From Candidatus Izemoplasmataceae bacterium (GTDB lineage: Bacteria > Bacillota_I > Bacilli_A > Izemoplasmatales > Izemoplasmataceae), in contig CBFHYA010000004.1 of assembly GCA_965659955.1 (NCBI GenBank), forward strand, positions 19,364 through 62,368: a stretch of 43,005 bases of DNA, given 5' to 3'. Shown one piece after another: positions 10,711 through 19,888 of this stretch. Within the stretch, counting starts at the first letter, position 1. The number at the start of each line of letters is the position of its first letter. The position numbers were made by a program, and so were the translations under genes. Under the pieces are notes generated by a model. It ran no database searches. It was not told where the DNA came from and saw only the letters and a list, made by a program, of their open reading frames with translations.

Positions 10711-10737
10711 GCAAACAAAAAGCATGCATCGCATGCT
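10711..10737 (-). terminator. Rho-independent terminator after the DUF2179-like gene
   Basis: Stem AGCATGC/GCATGCT with a 3-nt loop overlaps the TAG stop, followed on the minus strand by TTTTGTTT. Confidence 0.5.
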
Positions 10738-11278
10738 ATTTGCGTAAGCCCCGGTAGCCTCCATAAATCGGCCGGATGTCGTTGATGGTAATGACCACTC
10801 CGGGAGAAAGTTCCTTGAGGGCATTAATGGTTTGGGTGATTTTTTTCCGGTGAATATGTAAGTTTAAGATGTGTCTTGCCCCATCGCGGCCTTCCCCAGG
10901 CGTGACGGTGAGGGCGTAGCCTTGATCGCGCATGCCTTTGGCGATAATGCGGCCATCTTGAGCGGAGACGATGGCGGTAATGTTGATGGTGCCTAAGGCG
11001 AGTTTTTCTTCCAGCATGGATCCCACGTAATTACCTGACGCAAACGCCGCCCCATAAATCACAATTTTGAGAGGGTCACTCATTAAGTCATCTAAGACTA
11101 ACGTCACGACAAAGACCCAAAGCATGACTTCAAAAAAAGCAATGATGGCCCCTTTTTCTCGTTCGCCTTTGGTGACAATGACAATGCGTAAGGTCGAGAT
11201 GGTGACTTCGACAAATTTCAAGGTAAATATCAAAAGATACATCCACACGGTGGGAATGGTTGAAAAATCAAGGGTCAT
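10736..11278 (-). CDS. UPF0316/DUF2179-family small membrane protein
   Basis: 180 aa with three N-terminal TM helices followed by a soluble roughly 80-aa domain, the architecture of Bacillus YebE-like UPF0316 proteins. It overlaps the upstream gene by 4 nt. Confidence 0.55.
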   Translation of the reverse strand: MTLDFSTIPTVWMYLLIFTLKFVEVTISTLRIVIVTKGEREKGAIIAFFEVMLWVFVVTLVLDDLMSDPLKIVIYGAAFASGNYVGSMLEEKLALGTINITAIVSAQDGRIIAKGMRDQGYALTVTPGEGRDGARHILNLHIHRKKITQTINALKELSPGVVITINDIRPIYGGYRGLRK

Positions 11279-12387
11279 TTTTGTTTTACAGCTTCTTTCG
11301 GTTTAGATTGGGCGGGTTTCTTACGATTTTTTTCATGGTAATATTCCACACTTGAACGAATCGTTCCGGTTAAGGGGATGGCTAAAATGATGCCCACGAC
11401 CCCAAATAAATAGCCAAAAAAGAGTAAGGATGAAAGGACCAAGAGCGGATGCATTTTGGTTTCTCGGCCCATGATGTAAGGCTGGAGTAAATTATTTTGT
11501 AAGAAATTAACCACAAACACAATGATGAGGACGGCCAAGGGGGCGAGATCGCCAAAGGCAATCGTCTCATCGGTCAATGTATAAAGCATGGGAAGCAAAG
11601 TCCCGATGACTGGGCCGATATAAGGGATGATATCTAAGATTCCGAGTAAAAAGCCAAATAACAGACTCCGGCCGCCAAATCCCATGATGAAAAAGATGAT
11701 GTTAAAGACCACAATCATGATGGCGATGGACGTAAACCGGCCGTTGAAATATTGTTTAATCACGGTATCGGCACGCGTGGTGAGTTGCTCTGCATCAGGT
11801 TCCATTTTATCGGGCAACACTTTGATGATGGCGTGACGGATTTTAGAGCCATCACGAAGTAAAAAGAATAAAAAGACCGGTGTTAATACAGTCGCAATCA
11901 AAATATTTGTGATCGATTGAAAGGCCCCATAAATATCCACCGTTACATTGGATATGGATTCAAAATCGAGATAAGGAATGACAAAATCATAAATGTCTGA
12001 AAGGCCTGAATTATCATCAATCAAGGCTTGTAAAGCCGCCAAAATGGCTGGCCAGTCATTTTCAATGAATAAGGACGCCTGCACATAAATGACATCCCCA
12101 GCCGTGACGGCAAATATGCCAATAACCACCAGTAAAAAAAGCACGATGACAAGGCTGCGAGCCGTCTTGTTTTGCAAGTTAAGCTTGATTAAAAATTGGT
12201 TGAGTGGTGCGACTAAATAGACGATAAATAGCGCAATCGCAAAGGGAATAAAAATCGCATAAAATGCGCCAAAAAAGCGCCCAAATAAAGTCGGGAACAC
12301 TTGGTTAATCATAAAGATGGTGGCTAAGGTTAAAAGCGTGAGTAGCGCGGTTTTAATCCAAAGCGTTTGCCAGGGTTTAAATGTCAT
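11275..12387 (-). CDS. AI-2E (PerM/UPF0118) family transporter
   Basis: 370 aa, about 8 TM, with the conserved C-terminal block GILDIIPYIGPVIG...HPL typical of the AI-2E family. Confidence 0.7.
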   Translation of the reverse strand: MTFKPWQTLWIKTALLTLLTLATIFMINQVFPTLFGRFFGAFYAIFIPFAIALFIVYLVAPLNQFLIKLNLQNKTARSLVIVLFLLVVIGIFAVTAGDVIYVQASLFIENDWPAILAALQALIDDNSGLSDIYDFVIPYLDFESISNVTVDIYGAFQSITNILIATVLTPVFLFFLLRDGSKIRHAIIKVLPDKMEPDAEQLTTRADTVIKQYFNGRFTSIAIMIVVFNIIFFIMGFGGRSLLFGFLLGILDIIPYIGPVIGTLLPMLYTLTDETIAFGDLAPLAVLIIVFVVNFLQNNLLQPYIMGRETKMHPLLVLSSLLFFGYLFGVVGIILAIPLTGTIRSSVEYYHEKNRKKPAQSKPKEAVKQK

Positions 12388-12399
12388 AAAATCTCCTTG

Positions 12400-12433
12400 A
12401 AAAGAAAAAAAGAAACCTCAGAAGAAGTTTCTT
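12400..12433 (-). terminator. Rho-independent terminator of rpsO
   Basis: 10-bp stem (AAGAAACUUC/GAGGUUUCUU, including one G-U pair) with a UUCU loop, followed by a U6 run on the minus strand. Confidence 0.7.
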
Positions 12434-12703
12434 TTATCGTCTTAATCCGAGGCGTTGAATGAGTGATTGGTAACGCGCTTCGTCGGTTTTCATCAAGTAA
12501 TTTAGTAAGTTTCGGCGATGACCAACTTTTTTGAGAAGACCACGACGTGAATGAAAATCATGTTTGTGGGTGCTTAAATGTCCATTCAGTTCGATGATTT
12601 CTTCTGTGAGTAAGGCGACTTGGACTTCTGTGGAGCCTGAGTCTCCTTCTTTACGGCCATAGGCTTTGACAATTTCAGCCCGTTTCTCTTTCGTAAGAGC
12701 CAT
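12434..12703 (-). CDS. rpsO: 30S ribosomal protein S15
   Basis: 89 aa with the canonical S15 sequence (...[43 protein letters not shown]). Confidence 0.96.
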   Translation of the reverse strand: MALTKEKRAEIVKAYGRKEGDSGSTEVQVALLTEEIIELNGHLSTHKHDFHSRRGLLKKVGHRRNLLNYLMKTDEARYQSLIQRLGLRR

Positions 12704-12800
12704 ATGTATTCCTCCTTTAAATGATTGTTCTGACCGGATGCCACGTAAATCTCATGGAGGTGGGATAAACCTCGCAACCGGCGCAAGCATTATTATAGCA
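12704..12800 (-). promoter_or_regulatory. rpsO promoter (TGCTATAAT overlapping the ribF stop codon) plus a structured roughly 80-nt leader. It is a possible S15 autoregulatory element.
   Basis: The RC of 12792-12800 reads TGCTATAAT. The leader contains nested complementary segments (GCCGG...CCGGU; GAGGU...ACCUC; CCAC...GUGG) ahead of the AAAGGAGG RBS. Confidence 0.35.
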
Positions 12801-13725
12801 TAAATTCAGGTGAGGGCAAGACAAGTTTTAAGGGATTTAATGCGATTTTTGACGCATCCGCATCTCGGTCGATTTGAGCGATGAGATCGGCAACACTGTC
12901 AAACTTTTGTTCGTCTCTCAGCCACTTGACGAAATAGGTCGTAATGACCTCGCCATAAATGGTTTGTTCAAAATCAAATAAATAACTCTCAACACTGAGT
13001 GGATGGGCCGCATTCAGCGTCGGATTATGACCCACACTCGTCATCGATGGATACAGTGTATTTCCCACCCGGGTGATACTGGCATAAACACCACGTTTGG
13101 GAGTAATGCTTGTGGATAATTCAATATTCGCAGTCGGATAGCCAATGAGACGGCCTTTTTTCTCTCCGTGAATGACTTCACCTGTGATCGAAAAATAACG
13201 ACCTAAACGCGCGTAAGCGTCTTGCATTTTGCCCGCTTGAATGAGCTCTCGGATAATGGTTGAGCCAATTTTTTGCGATGAAAGTCGCATTTCTTTCATC
13301 ACGTGGACACGGAAGTTCCCCTCATCTTTGAGCGTTTGGGTCGTTCCTAAGCCCCCGTGCCCAAACCGGAAATCAAATCCACACACTAACATGTGGACCC
13401 CATTTAAATATTGTTCAATAAAAGTCGATGCATTCACCTCGGATAAAGCTTTATCAAACGGTAAAACAAATACCCGCTGGATGCCATAGCCCTTCAGCAA
13501 AGCTACTTTCTCTTTGAGCGGGGTGATGTATTTAAAATCCATCCCAAAAATGACACTTTTGGGGTGGCGATCAAACGTAATGACCACTGGCGTTTTTCCA
13601 GCTTTCTTCGCCTCATCTAGCGTGACTTGAATCAAAGCTTGGTGGGCTGTGTGGACCCCATCGAAAAAACCAATCGAAGCGACCATGGTCTCATCAAGCA
13701 TATGGGGAGTTAAAATGTCAGTCAT
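12793..13725 (-). CDS. ribF: Bifunctional riboflavin kinase / FMN adenylyltransferase
   Basis: 310 aa with an N-terminal GFFDGVH nucleotidyltransferase motif and a C-terminal riboflavin kinase block (GYPTANI...G.Y). It sits in the truB-ribF-rpsO order. Confidence 0.92.
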   Translation of the reverse strand: MTDILTPHMLDETMVASIGFFDGVHTAHQALIQVTLDEAKKAGKTPVVITFDRHPKSVIFGMDFKYITPLKEKVALLKGYGIQRVFVLPFDKALSEVNASTFIEQYLNGVHMLVCGFDFRFGHGGLGTTQTLKDEGNFRVHVMKEMRLSSQKIGSTIIRELIQAGKMQDAYARLGRYFSITGEVIHGEKKGRLIGYPTANIELSTSITPKRGVYASITRVGNTLYPSMTSVGHNPTLNAAHPLSVESYLFDFEQTIYGEVITTYFVKWLRDEQKFDSVADLIAQIDRDADASKIALNPLKLVLPSPEFML

Positions 13726-13727
13726 GA

Positions 13728-14591
13728 TCAGTCTCCTTTAAACATCCGCATCGGGCGGTATTTATCTTGCGTCCAGTGATACAGTCCATACAAATCCCCC
13801 GCTTCATTGATGACCTTAATTTGATCACTCCTGCGGGGAATCTCTAAAGCCCGGCCATGGGCGACGTCTTCTCGGTTTAGTTGGTCTAAATAGACCGCAT
13901 CAAAACCTGGCAACGCCTCGTTTAAACGAATGAGATTGTGGGCATCTAATGCTTCTAAGGGCGTTGCATTCGCGATGGAAAATGCCCCCACCGCTAACCG
14001 ATGAATATAATAAGTATGCGCGAGTGTACCGTGATGCTTCGCTAAATCAAGCGCGAGTTTTCGCACGTAAAGGCCACTGCTGGCCTTAACCTCAAACGTT
14101 GCTTTAACCGCTTTATCTCTTGTGAGCGGTGCAGTTTGTTTAAATAAAGTCACGGTCAACATGCGAGGGGGAACTTCGGGGATGGGTTTACCTTCTCGGG
14201 CATATTCATAGAGTTTTTTCCCCGCGACTTTGACGGCTGAATAGGCGGGGGGAGTTTGTTCATAAGACCCGACAAATGCCTGACAATCCAACCAATCGGG
14301 GAGATTAACCGGGAGCGAATTTAAAGGTTTTCCGGTATGATCGAGCGTATCCGTCTCTGTGCCAAACGTGACGCCAAACGCGTAGTGTTTGCTCGCGTGC
14401 TGTAAATGATGCAATAGTTTGGTCCCTTCATTAATACCAACTAAAAGAACGCCAGACGCTTCAACATCAAGCGTGCCAGCATGACCAACGCGCCGTGTAG
14501 CGAACGTGCGTCTAACATGATTGACGACATCGTGGGAGCTCATCCCGATGGGTTTATGGATATTAAAAATGCCATGAAGTGGATTCATCAT
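13728..14591 (-). CDS. truB: tRNA pseudouridine(55) synthase
   Basis: 287 aa with KP.GMSSHDVV and the catalytic-Asp motif GHAGTLD. Confidence 0.92.
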   Translation of the reverse strand: MMNPLHGIFNIHKPIGMSSHDVVNHVRRTFATRRVGHAGTLDVEASGVLLVGINEGTKLLHHLQHASKHYAFGVTFGTETDTLDHTGKPLNSLPVNLPDWLDCQAFVGSYEQTPPAYSAVKVAGKKLYEYAREGKPIPEVPPRMLTVTLFKQTAPLTRDKAVKATFEVKASSGLYVRKLALDLAKHHGTLAHTYYIHRLAVGAFSIANATPLEALDAHNLIRLNEALPGFDAVYLDQLNREDVAHGRALEIPRRSDQIKVINEAGDLYGLYHWTQDKYRPMRMFKGD

Positions 14592-14623
14592 GGCTTATTA
14601 TAAATGAAATCGGGCATGAAACC

Positions 14624-14650
14624 GAAAAAAAACACCGCTTAAACGGTGTT
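14624..14650 (-). terminator. Rho-independent terminator of trxA
   Basis: Stem AACACCG/CGGTGTT with a 6-nt loop, followed by a T8 run on the minus strand immediately after the trxA stop. Confidence 0.7.
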
Positions 14651-14959
14651 TTATGCGCCTTGAACCCATTTTAAGAGCTGTTCTTTGGGCATGAAGCCCG
14701 CTTTGCGATCGGCCACTTGACCGTCTTTCATCACAAAGAGTGTGGGGATGGCACGCACTTCATGTTGTTGTGCCACGGCCATGTTTTCATCCACATTGAG
14801 TTTCACGATTTTAATATCGTCATGTTCCCCGGCAATTTCTTCTAAAACAGGGGCAATCATTTTACAGGGGCCACACCAGTCGGCATAAAAGTCAACGATT
14901 ACGGTGCCACTGCTTGTATCTTTTTCAAACGATGCTTCACTCGAATATACGATGGGCAT
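14651..14959 (-). CDS. trxA: Thioredoxin
   Basis: 102 aa with the WCGPC active site and a typical thioredoxin fold sequence. Confidence 0.94.
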   Translation of the reverse strand: MPIVYSSEASFEKDTSSGTVIVDFYADWCGPCKMIAPVLEEIAGEHDDIKIVKLNVDENMAVAQQHEVRAIPTLFVMKDGQVADRKAGFMPKEQLLKWVQGA

Positions 14960-15028
14960 AAAAATCCTCCTAGATTAACTACCGCAATTATACCGCAAAA
15001 TGGTCCGTCGACAAGTAAAATACGCACT

Positions 15029-17320
15029 CTAGAAATAAACCACGGTTACCCCGGCGCCACCCTCACCGCCCTCGCCACTACGAAAACGTTGCACGGCAGG
15101 ATTTTCTTTTAAAGCTGTTTGCACCATGTCCCGGATCGCAAACGTCCCGAACCCATGGATAATCCGGGCAAAAGGAAGCTTCGACAGCGCACAATCATCT
15201 AAGTATTTATCCAGTAAATGGGCCGCTTCTTCGACCCTTAGACCGCGCAAATCAAGTTCGGATGCCACCCGTTTTTTCGGGACACTGGCTTTGGGGATTT
15301 TTACTTTGGGACGTGTTTTTTTCGTATCCACAAAATAAAACTCCGATTCATCCAAGGTGGATTCCACATTGCCCATTAGCACTTGCCAACGACCGGCTTT
15401 AAGCGCTTTTTTTAATTCCCCCTTCCGGTTGAACTTATTCACATGAACCACATCCCCCGGTTGATAGACGTGATCATCCCTTTCCTTTTTATTGGATTGG
15501 GGACTCTCTTGGAAGAGGGTGTCTTTCGCTCGGTTGATTTCATGGGGCTTTAAACGGCTGGCTTTTAACGCATTGACGACGTCTTCAAAGGCCGTCTCTA
15601 AGGATTCTTTATCCCGTTGATATTGACGGGTGAAACGATCTGTCAGTGATTGTTTCTTGGCTTCTACATCCGCTTTTTCTTGCTGGAGGTCGTGTTTTAA
15701 AGCGTCTGTGTCACGTTTTAATTGATTAAGCTGTGCTCGTTCGGTTTCTAAAGCCGCCTTTTTTTGCTCCAACGTTTGAATGAGATCGCTCACGGGGTTT
15801 TGTTCATTTTGAAAATAATCTTCGGCTTTTTCAATGATCGATGGCTTAAATCCTAGACGCCTCGCAATCAGCAAGGCATGGGATTCACCCGGGGTATCCA
15901 GATACAAATGATACGTTGGTTTTAACGTCTCTTTATCAAAGGCCACACTCGCATTGATGGCGGTGGGATGATCATACGCATAGGCTTTGAGCTCAGGATA
16001 ATGCGTCGTCACAAAAATATCGTGCGGATGCTGACTCAAATCATCCATTAAAGCTCTGGCAAAGGCCGCACCTGCTTTCGGTTCGGTACCCCCGCCTACT
16101 TCATCGAGTAAGATGAGTGAACCAGATGGCGCGGTTTGAATGATTCGCTGGATGTTGGTCAAGTGGGATGAAAACGTCGAAAGGGATTGTTCAATGCTTT
16201 GTTCATCGCCAATGTCAGCATAAACACCGGTGTAAAACGGAAGACTGGATCCTTTTTCTGCAGGTATTAATAGACCTGACAAGGCCATCAGTGATAAGAG
16301 CCCTACGGTTTTTAACACCACAGTCTTCCCACCGGTATTGGATCCAGAGATAATCACTAGGTGGGTGTCATGCGAAAGTTCAATGGCATTAGGGACCACT
16401 TCTTTAGGGTCAATCAACGGATGACGGGCATTTTTTAATGCCAAAATAGACCCAAACGCGGCCATCTCCATATTCAACTGTGCGGCATATTCCGCTTTGG
16501 CAAATATCGCATCTAAGGTGCCGATGGTCTCATGGTTGAGTGCTAAGGTTTCATAGGACGTGTGAAGGGTTTGAGAAATCTCTGTCAGGATTCGCTCAAT
16601 CTCAGCCTCAATGGCCGTTTCAATTTTTCTTTTTTCAGCACTCATCTCACCCACGGCAGACGGTTCCATATACACCGTTTCACCACTGGCGGAATAATCC
16701 ACAACACTGCCTTTAAACCGGTTCTTGTAGGTTTGCTTGACCGGAACGACGTAGCGTCCTTGACGCTCGGTATAAAAGGTTTCCGATAACATGTCCCCCG
16801 ATTGATCCACAAGGTTCTTAAGTTTTTGCGTGAGGCGGTTTTCCATCACCCTTAACGCATTTTTGTGTTTTTTAAGATCACTGGATGCATTCTCTTTGAG
16901 GCCTTCGTCATCCACCAACTGATCCAGTTCAATTTTCAGTGTGGATAAAGGTTCTAAAGCGGTTAAATAAGGCTCAAGGGCGTTTGATTCCAAGTCTTCG
17001 GGCACATTCTTAAGCCGTTTATAGACCTGGGTGAGTTCATTTAAAAACCGGCGTATCCGCATGAGGTCTTGAATGCTTAATATCCGGGCAATTTTAATAT
17101 CACGAAGCGGTTTCGCTAGATCGAAGAAATCCCCAAAACGAGGCGCTTTGGCATCTAAAATGTAGCGTTTAGCACTGGTGATTTCACGCATGCTTAAAAG
17201 CGCCGCTTCTTTCGTTTCATGCGGAATTAGACGGGCAATTTTTTCTTGACCGAGCAATGTATTTGAATAATGAGAGATGGCTTTTAATATCGCTGGAAAT
17301 TCCAGTGTTTTTAGGTCCAT
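15029..17320 (-). CDS. mutS2: Endonuclease MutS2 (MutS-II ATPase with C-terminal Smr domain)
   Basis: 763 aa with Walker A GSNTGGKT, the MutS domain V signature and a C-terminal Smr domain (LDLRGLRVEEA...HGFGTFAIR). Confidence 0.92.
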   Translation of the reverse strand: MDLKTLEFPAILKAISHYSNTLLGQEKIARLIPHETKEAALLSMREITSAKRYILDAKAPRFGDFFDLAKPLRDIKIARILSIQDLMRIRRFLNELTQVYKRLKNVPEDLESNALEPYLTALEPLSTLKIELDQLVDDEGLKENASSDLKKHKNALRVMENRLTQKLKNLVDQSGDMLSETFYTERQGRYVVPVKQTYKNRFKGSVVDYSASGETVYMEPSAVGEMSAEKRKIETAIEAEIERILTEISQTLHTSYETLALNHETIGTLDAIFAKAEYAAQLNMEMAAFGSILALKNARHPLIDPKEVVPNAIELSHDTHLVIISGSNTGGKTVVLKTVGLLSLMALSGLLIPAEKGSSLPFYTGVYADIGDEQSIEQSLSTFSSHLTNIQRIIQTAPSGSLILLDEVGGGTEPKAGAAFARALMDDLSQHPHDIFVTTHYPELKAYAYDHPTAINASVAFDKETLKPTYHLYLDTPGESHALLIARRLGFKPSIIEKAEDYFQNEQNPVSDLIQTLEQKKAALETERAQLNQLKRDTDALKHDLQQEKADVEAKKQSLTDRFTRQYQRDKESLETAFEDVVNALKASRLKPHEINRAKDTLFQESPQSNKKERDDHVYQPGDVVHVNKFNRKGELKKALKAGRWQVLMGNVESTLDESEFYFVDTKKTRPKVKIPKASVPKKRVASELDLRGLRVEEAAHLLDKYLDDCALSKLPFARIIHGFGTFAIRDMVQTALKENPAVQRFRSGEGGEGGAGVTVVYF

Positions 17321-17388
17321 AAGACCCCCTTAACTTGTTTTATTTTAGCACTATTCGTGGTAAAATAGGTAGAAAGGGTGTGAAAAAA

Positions 17389-18306
17389 ATGAACTACGTT
17401 TTAGAGCTCACATTGGAACAAATCGAAGCCTTAATTACTTACTATGAACCCCTTGCTGAATCGGTATTTGTTGAAAACACGATGGCCGCCTTTGAAGGCA
17501 ACCATGTCAATATATCCATCTACCCTTCCAAAAAAGTAATGTTTCAAGGAAAGAAAGCCGCTCAACACTACGATTATTGGATTGAACAATTTGACCTAGG
17601 CGAGACGCAAGCCGAAAAGAAAGCAAAAAAAGAGGACCAACCGAATAAAGATGCTTTTTATGAACCTTCTATCGGTTCCGATGAATCAGGTTCGGGGGAT
17701 TACTTTGGACCCCTATGCGTCGCAGCGGTCTATGTCTCGGCCAATGATAAAGAATTTTTATCGAAGTTTCCCATCAAAGATTCTAAAAAGATGGAAGACT
17801 CTACCATTTTAGAAACGGTCCCAGAAATCATCAAACGCATTCCTTATAGTCTCATGGTCTTACAAAATGGGCAGTACAATCAAATGATCGACAAAGGCTA
17901 TAACTTGAACGCACTTAAAGCTTACTTACATGCTCAAGCGCACAAAAAAATCAGTGAAAAAGTGGGAAAAAAAGGTCCCATCGTCGTGGATCAATTTGTC
18001 CAGCCTACCAAATACTATGAATATTTAAAAGACATCGAAGACGTTCCTCAAGTGCAAACGTTTATAACCAAAGCGGAAGATCATTACATCTCCGTCGCAT
18101 TGGCTTCGATGATTGCCCGCTATGCGTTTTTGAATCATCTCACTAAGCTTTCCAAAGCCTTAAAACTGAAACTTCAAAAAGGCGCATCCCCCATGGTGGA
18201 TGAACAAGCCGCCCATATCATTAAAACGCACGGTGAACGCCAACTTAAAGAAGTGGCGAAAGTTCACTTTGCAAATACACTCAAAGCCAAGGCCTTAATT
18301 AAATAG
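17389..18306 (+). CDS. rnhC: Ribonuclease HIII
   Basis: N-terminal substrate-binding domain plus an RNase HII/HIII catalytic core (IGSDESGSGDYFGPL). The ATG at 17389 has a GAAAGGG RBS. The ORF-track TTG at 17335 has no RBS and lies in the divergent promoter region. Confidence 0.85.
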   Translation: MNYVLELTLEQIEALITYYEPLAESVFVENTMAAFEGNHVNISIYPSKKVMFQGKKAAQHYDYWIEQFDLGETQAEKKAKKEDQPNKDAFYEPSIGSDESGSGDYFGPLCVAAVYVSANDKEFLSKFPIKDSKKMEDSTILETVPEIIKRIPYSLMVLQNGQYNQMIDKGYNLNALKAYLHAQAHKKISEKVGKKGPIVVDQFVQPTKYYEYLKDIEDVPQVQTFITKAEDHYISVALASMIARYAFLNHLTKLSKALKLKLQKGASPMVDEQAAHIIKTHGERQLKEVAKVHFANTLKAKALIK

Positions 18307-18330
18307 GCCTTGTTTTTTTAGGAGGTACGT

Positions 18331-18732
18331 ATGTTTTGGATCACCGCGGTGTTTGTGTTAATCATCTTCATGGTCGTTGACCTCATTTGGCTGGGCTTTA
18401 TCGGCCGGTCTTTATACCAAAAGTACATTGGGCACTTACTTAAAAAAGACGTTAATTGGACGGCAGCCTTGATTTTTTATGGGCTTTTTGTCCTTGGACT
18501 GACCTATTTTGCCGTTTTCCCCGCGTTAGAAGCATCTTCATTGACCGATGCGCTTCTACTCGGCGGCTTTTTCGGCCTTTTAATGTATGCAACCTATGAT
18601 CTAACCAACCTGGCCACATTAGAGGGCTGGAGCGTGCCAATCACCATCATCGATATGATATGGGGAACCTTTTTAGGGGCGTTAGTCAGTAGTCTGACGG
18701 TGTTACTTATGACTCTCTTTGGGGTGGTGTAA
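18331..18732 (+). CDS. Small four-TM membrane protein (DUF2177-like)
   Basis: 133 aa and entirely hydrophobic helices. A GGAGG RBS lies 7 nt upstream. The stop abuts the next gene's start (TAATATG). Confidence 0.5.
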   Translation: MFWITAVFVLIIFMVVDLIWLGFIGRSLYQKYIGHLLKKDVNWTAALIFYGLFVLGLTYFAVFPALEASSLTDALLLGGFFGLLMYATYDLTNLATLEGWSVPITIIDMIWGTFLGALVSSLTVLLMTLFGVV

Positions 18733-18733
18733 T

Positions 18734-19501
18734 ATGACTTATGCGTTTGGCGCATTGGTACTTATCGCATTCTTTACGCTCGTTTACATTGTGGCCCTCA
18801 TTCGCAATGATTATTCCACCGTGGATGTCTTTTGGGGGATGGCTCAAGTCGTATTAGTGGTGGCCCTCGCGTTTTACTTAGACGGGCATGCGCTTTCTCA
18901 TTGGATCATTTATGGGGCGATTACGCTTTGGGGACTGCGGTTATCGTGGTATTTATACCGACGAAACTGGCATAAACCCGAAGATTTCCGCTATCAAGCG
19001 ATGCGCAAAAAATGGGTGAAATTCGAAAAACTACAGGCCTACATTAAAGTCTATCTCTTACAAAGTGGCTTTGCCTTACTTATGGGCATCACCGTGATCA
19101 GTATGGAGACACTCTCTTTACGCTATTTGGGAGTATTCATCGCAGGGGCGGTTCTCTTCGCGGTTGGGTTCATCTTTGAAACCTTAGCCGATGAACAGAT
19201 GATGGCGTTTCAAAAAATAAAAAAACCGGGAGAAATTCTCACCACAGGCGTATGGAAGTTATCGCGTCATCCCAATTATTTCGGGGAAGTCACCGTATGG
19301 TGGGGCGTTGGAATCATGGCTTTAGCGCATGCGAATACGGTGCTTGTTGCTTTACTGATGCTGATATCTCCGATAACCATTACCTATTTGCTTTTAGGAT
19401 TATCCGGAATCCCCATTTTAGAAAAACGGTATGATGGAGATCCCAACTATGAAGCGTACCGAAAAAATACCAGAGCCTTCTTCCCGTTTCCAAAAAAATA
19501 A
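18734..19501 (+). CDS. DUF1295 / steroid-5-alpha-reductase-like (ICMT-fold) membrane enzyme
   Basis: Polytopic protein with the C-terminal signature G.W..SRHPNYFGE..W.G characteristic of DUF1295/steroid-reductase-like proteins. The ATG at 18734 is preferred over the ORF-track TTG at 18719. Confidence 0.65.
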   Translation: MTYAFGALVLIAFFTLVYIVALIRNDYSTVDVFWGMAQVVLVVALAFYLDGHALSHWIIYGAITLWGLRLSWYLYRRNWHKPEDFRYQAMRKKWVKFEKLQAYIKVYLLQSGFALLMGITVISMETLSLRYLGVFIAGAVLFAVGFIFETLADEQMMAFQKIKKPGEILTTGVWKLSRHPNYFGEVTVWWGVGIMALAHANTVLVALLMLISPITITYLLLGLSGIPILEKRYDGDPNYEAYRKNTRAFFPFPKK

Positions 19502-19527
19502 GACCAGACATTTGTCTGGTCTTTTTC
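19501..19527. terminator. Bidirectional Rho-independent terminator between convergent genes
   Basis: 10-bp inverted repeat AGACCAGACA/TGTCTGGTCT flanked by an A-run upstream and a T-run downstream. Confidence 0.7.
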
Positions 19528-19888
19528 ATAATATGACATTGGCTATGGTAAACGAGATTACAAGGTAAGAAAGTCCCACAAGAAAGTTGTGCCATGCGCC
19601 TTCATTATCAGCTTTGACTTCTCGCTCGGACATGTATTCATGGTAACTCACGGCGCGAAAATTTCGTCTAAATACCAGCTTAAAGACATAGTTGGTCGAA
19701 AGAAAAATATTGCTCGCACGCGTTAAGGTAATGAGTCCCCAGAAAAAAAGGAGTAACCCGACAATAAACAATCCATCGGAGATGGCCTGAATTCTAGGCA
19801 CACTGCGGCCGAGTGTGAAAATCCATAAGGCCGTAAACGAAAGGGATATGATGACGAGTTTGACAATGCGTTTAAAACGATAACTCAC
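19526..19888 (-). CDS. Small integral membrane protein (3-4 TM, possibly DUF3899-like), the last gene of the opp operon
   Basis: 120 aa. The GTG start overlaps the oppF TGA stop (GTGA), implying translational coupling. No catalytic motifs are present. Confidence 0.5.
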   Translation of the reverse strand: MSYRFKRIVKLVIISLSFTALWIFTLGRSVPRIQAISDGLFIVGLLLFFWGLITLTRASNIFLSTNYVFKLVFRRNFRAVSYHEYMSEREVKADNEGAWHNFLVGLSYLVISFTIANVIL

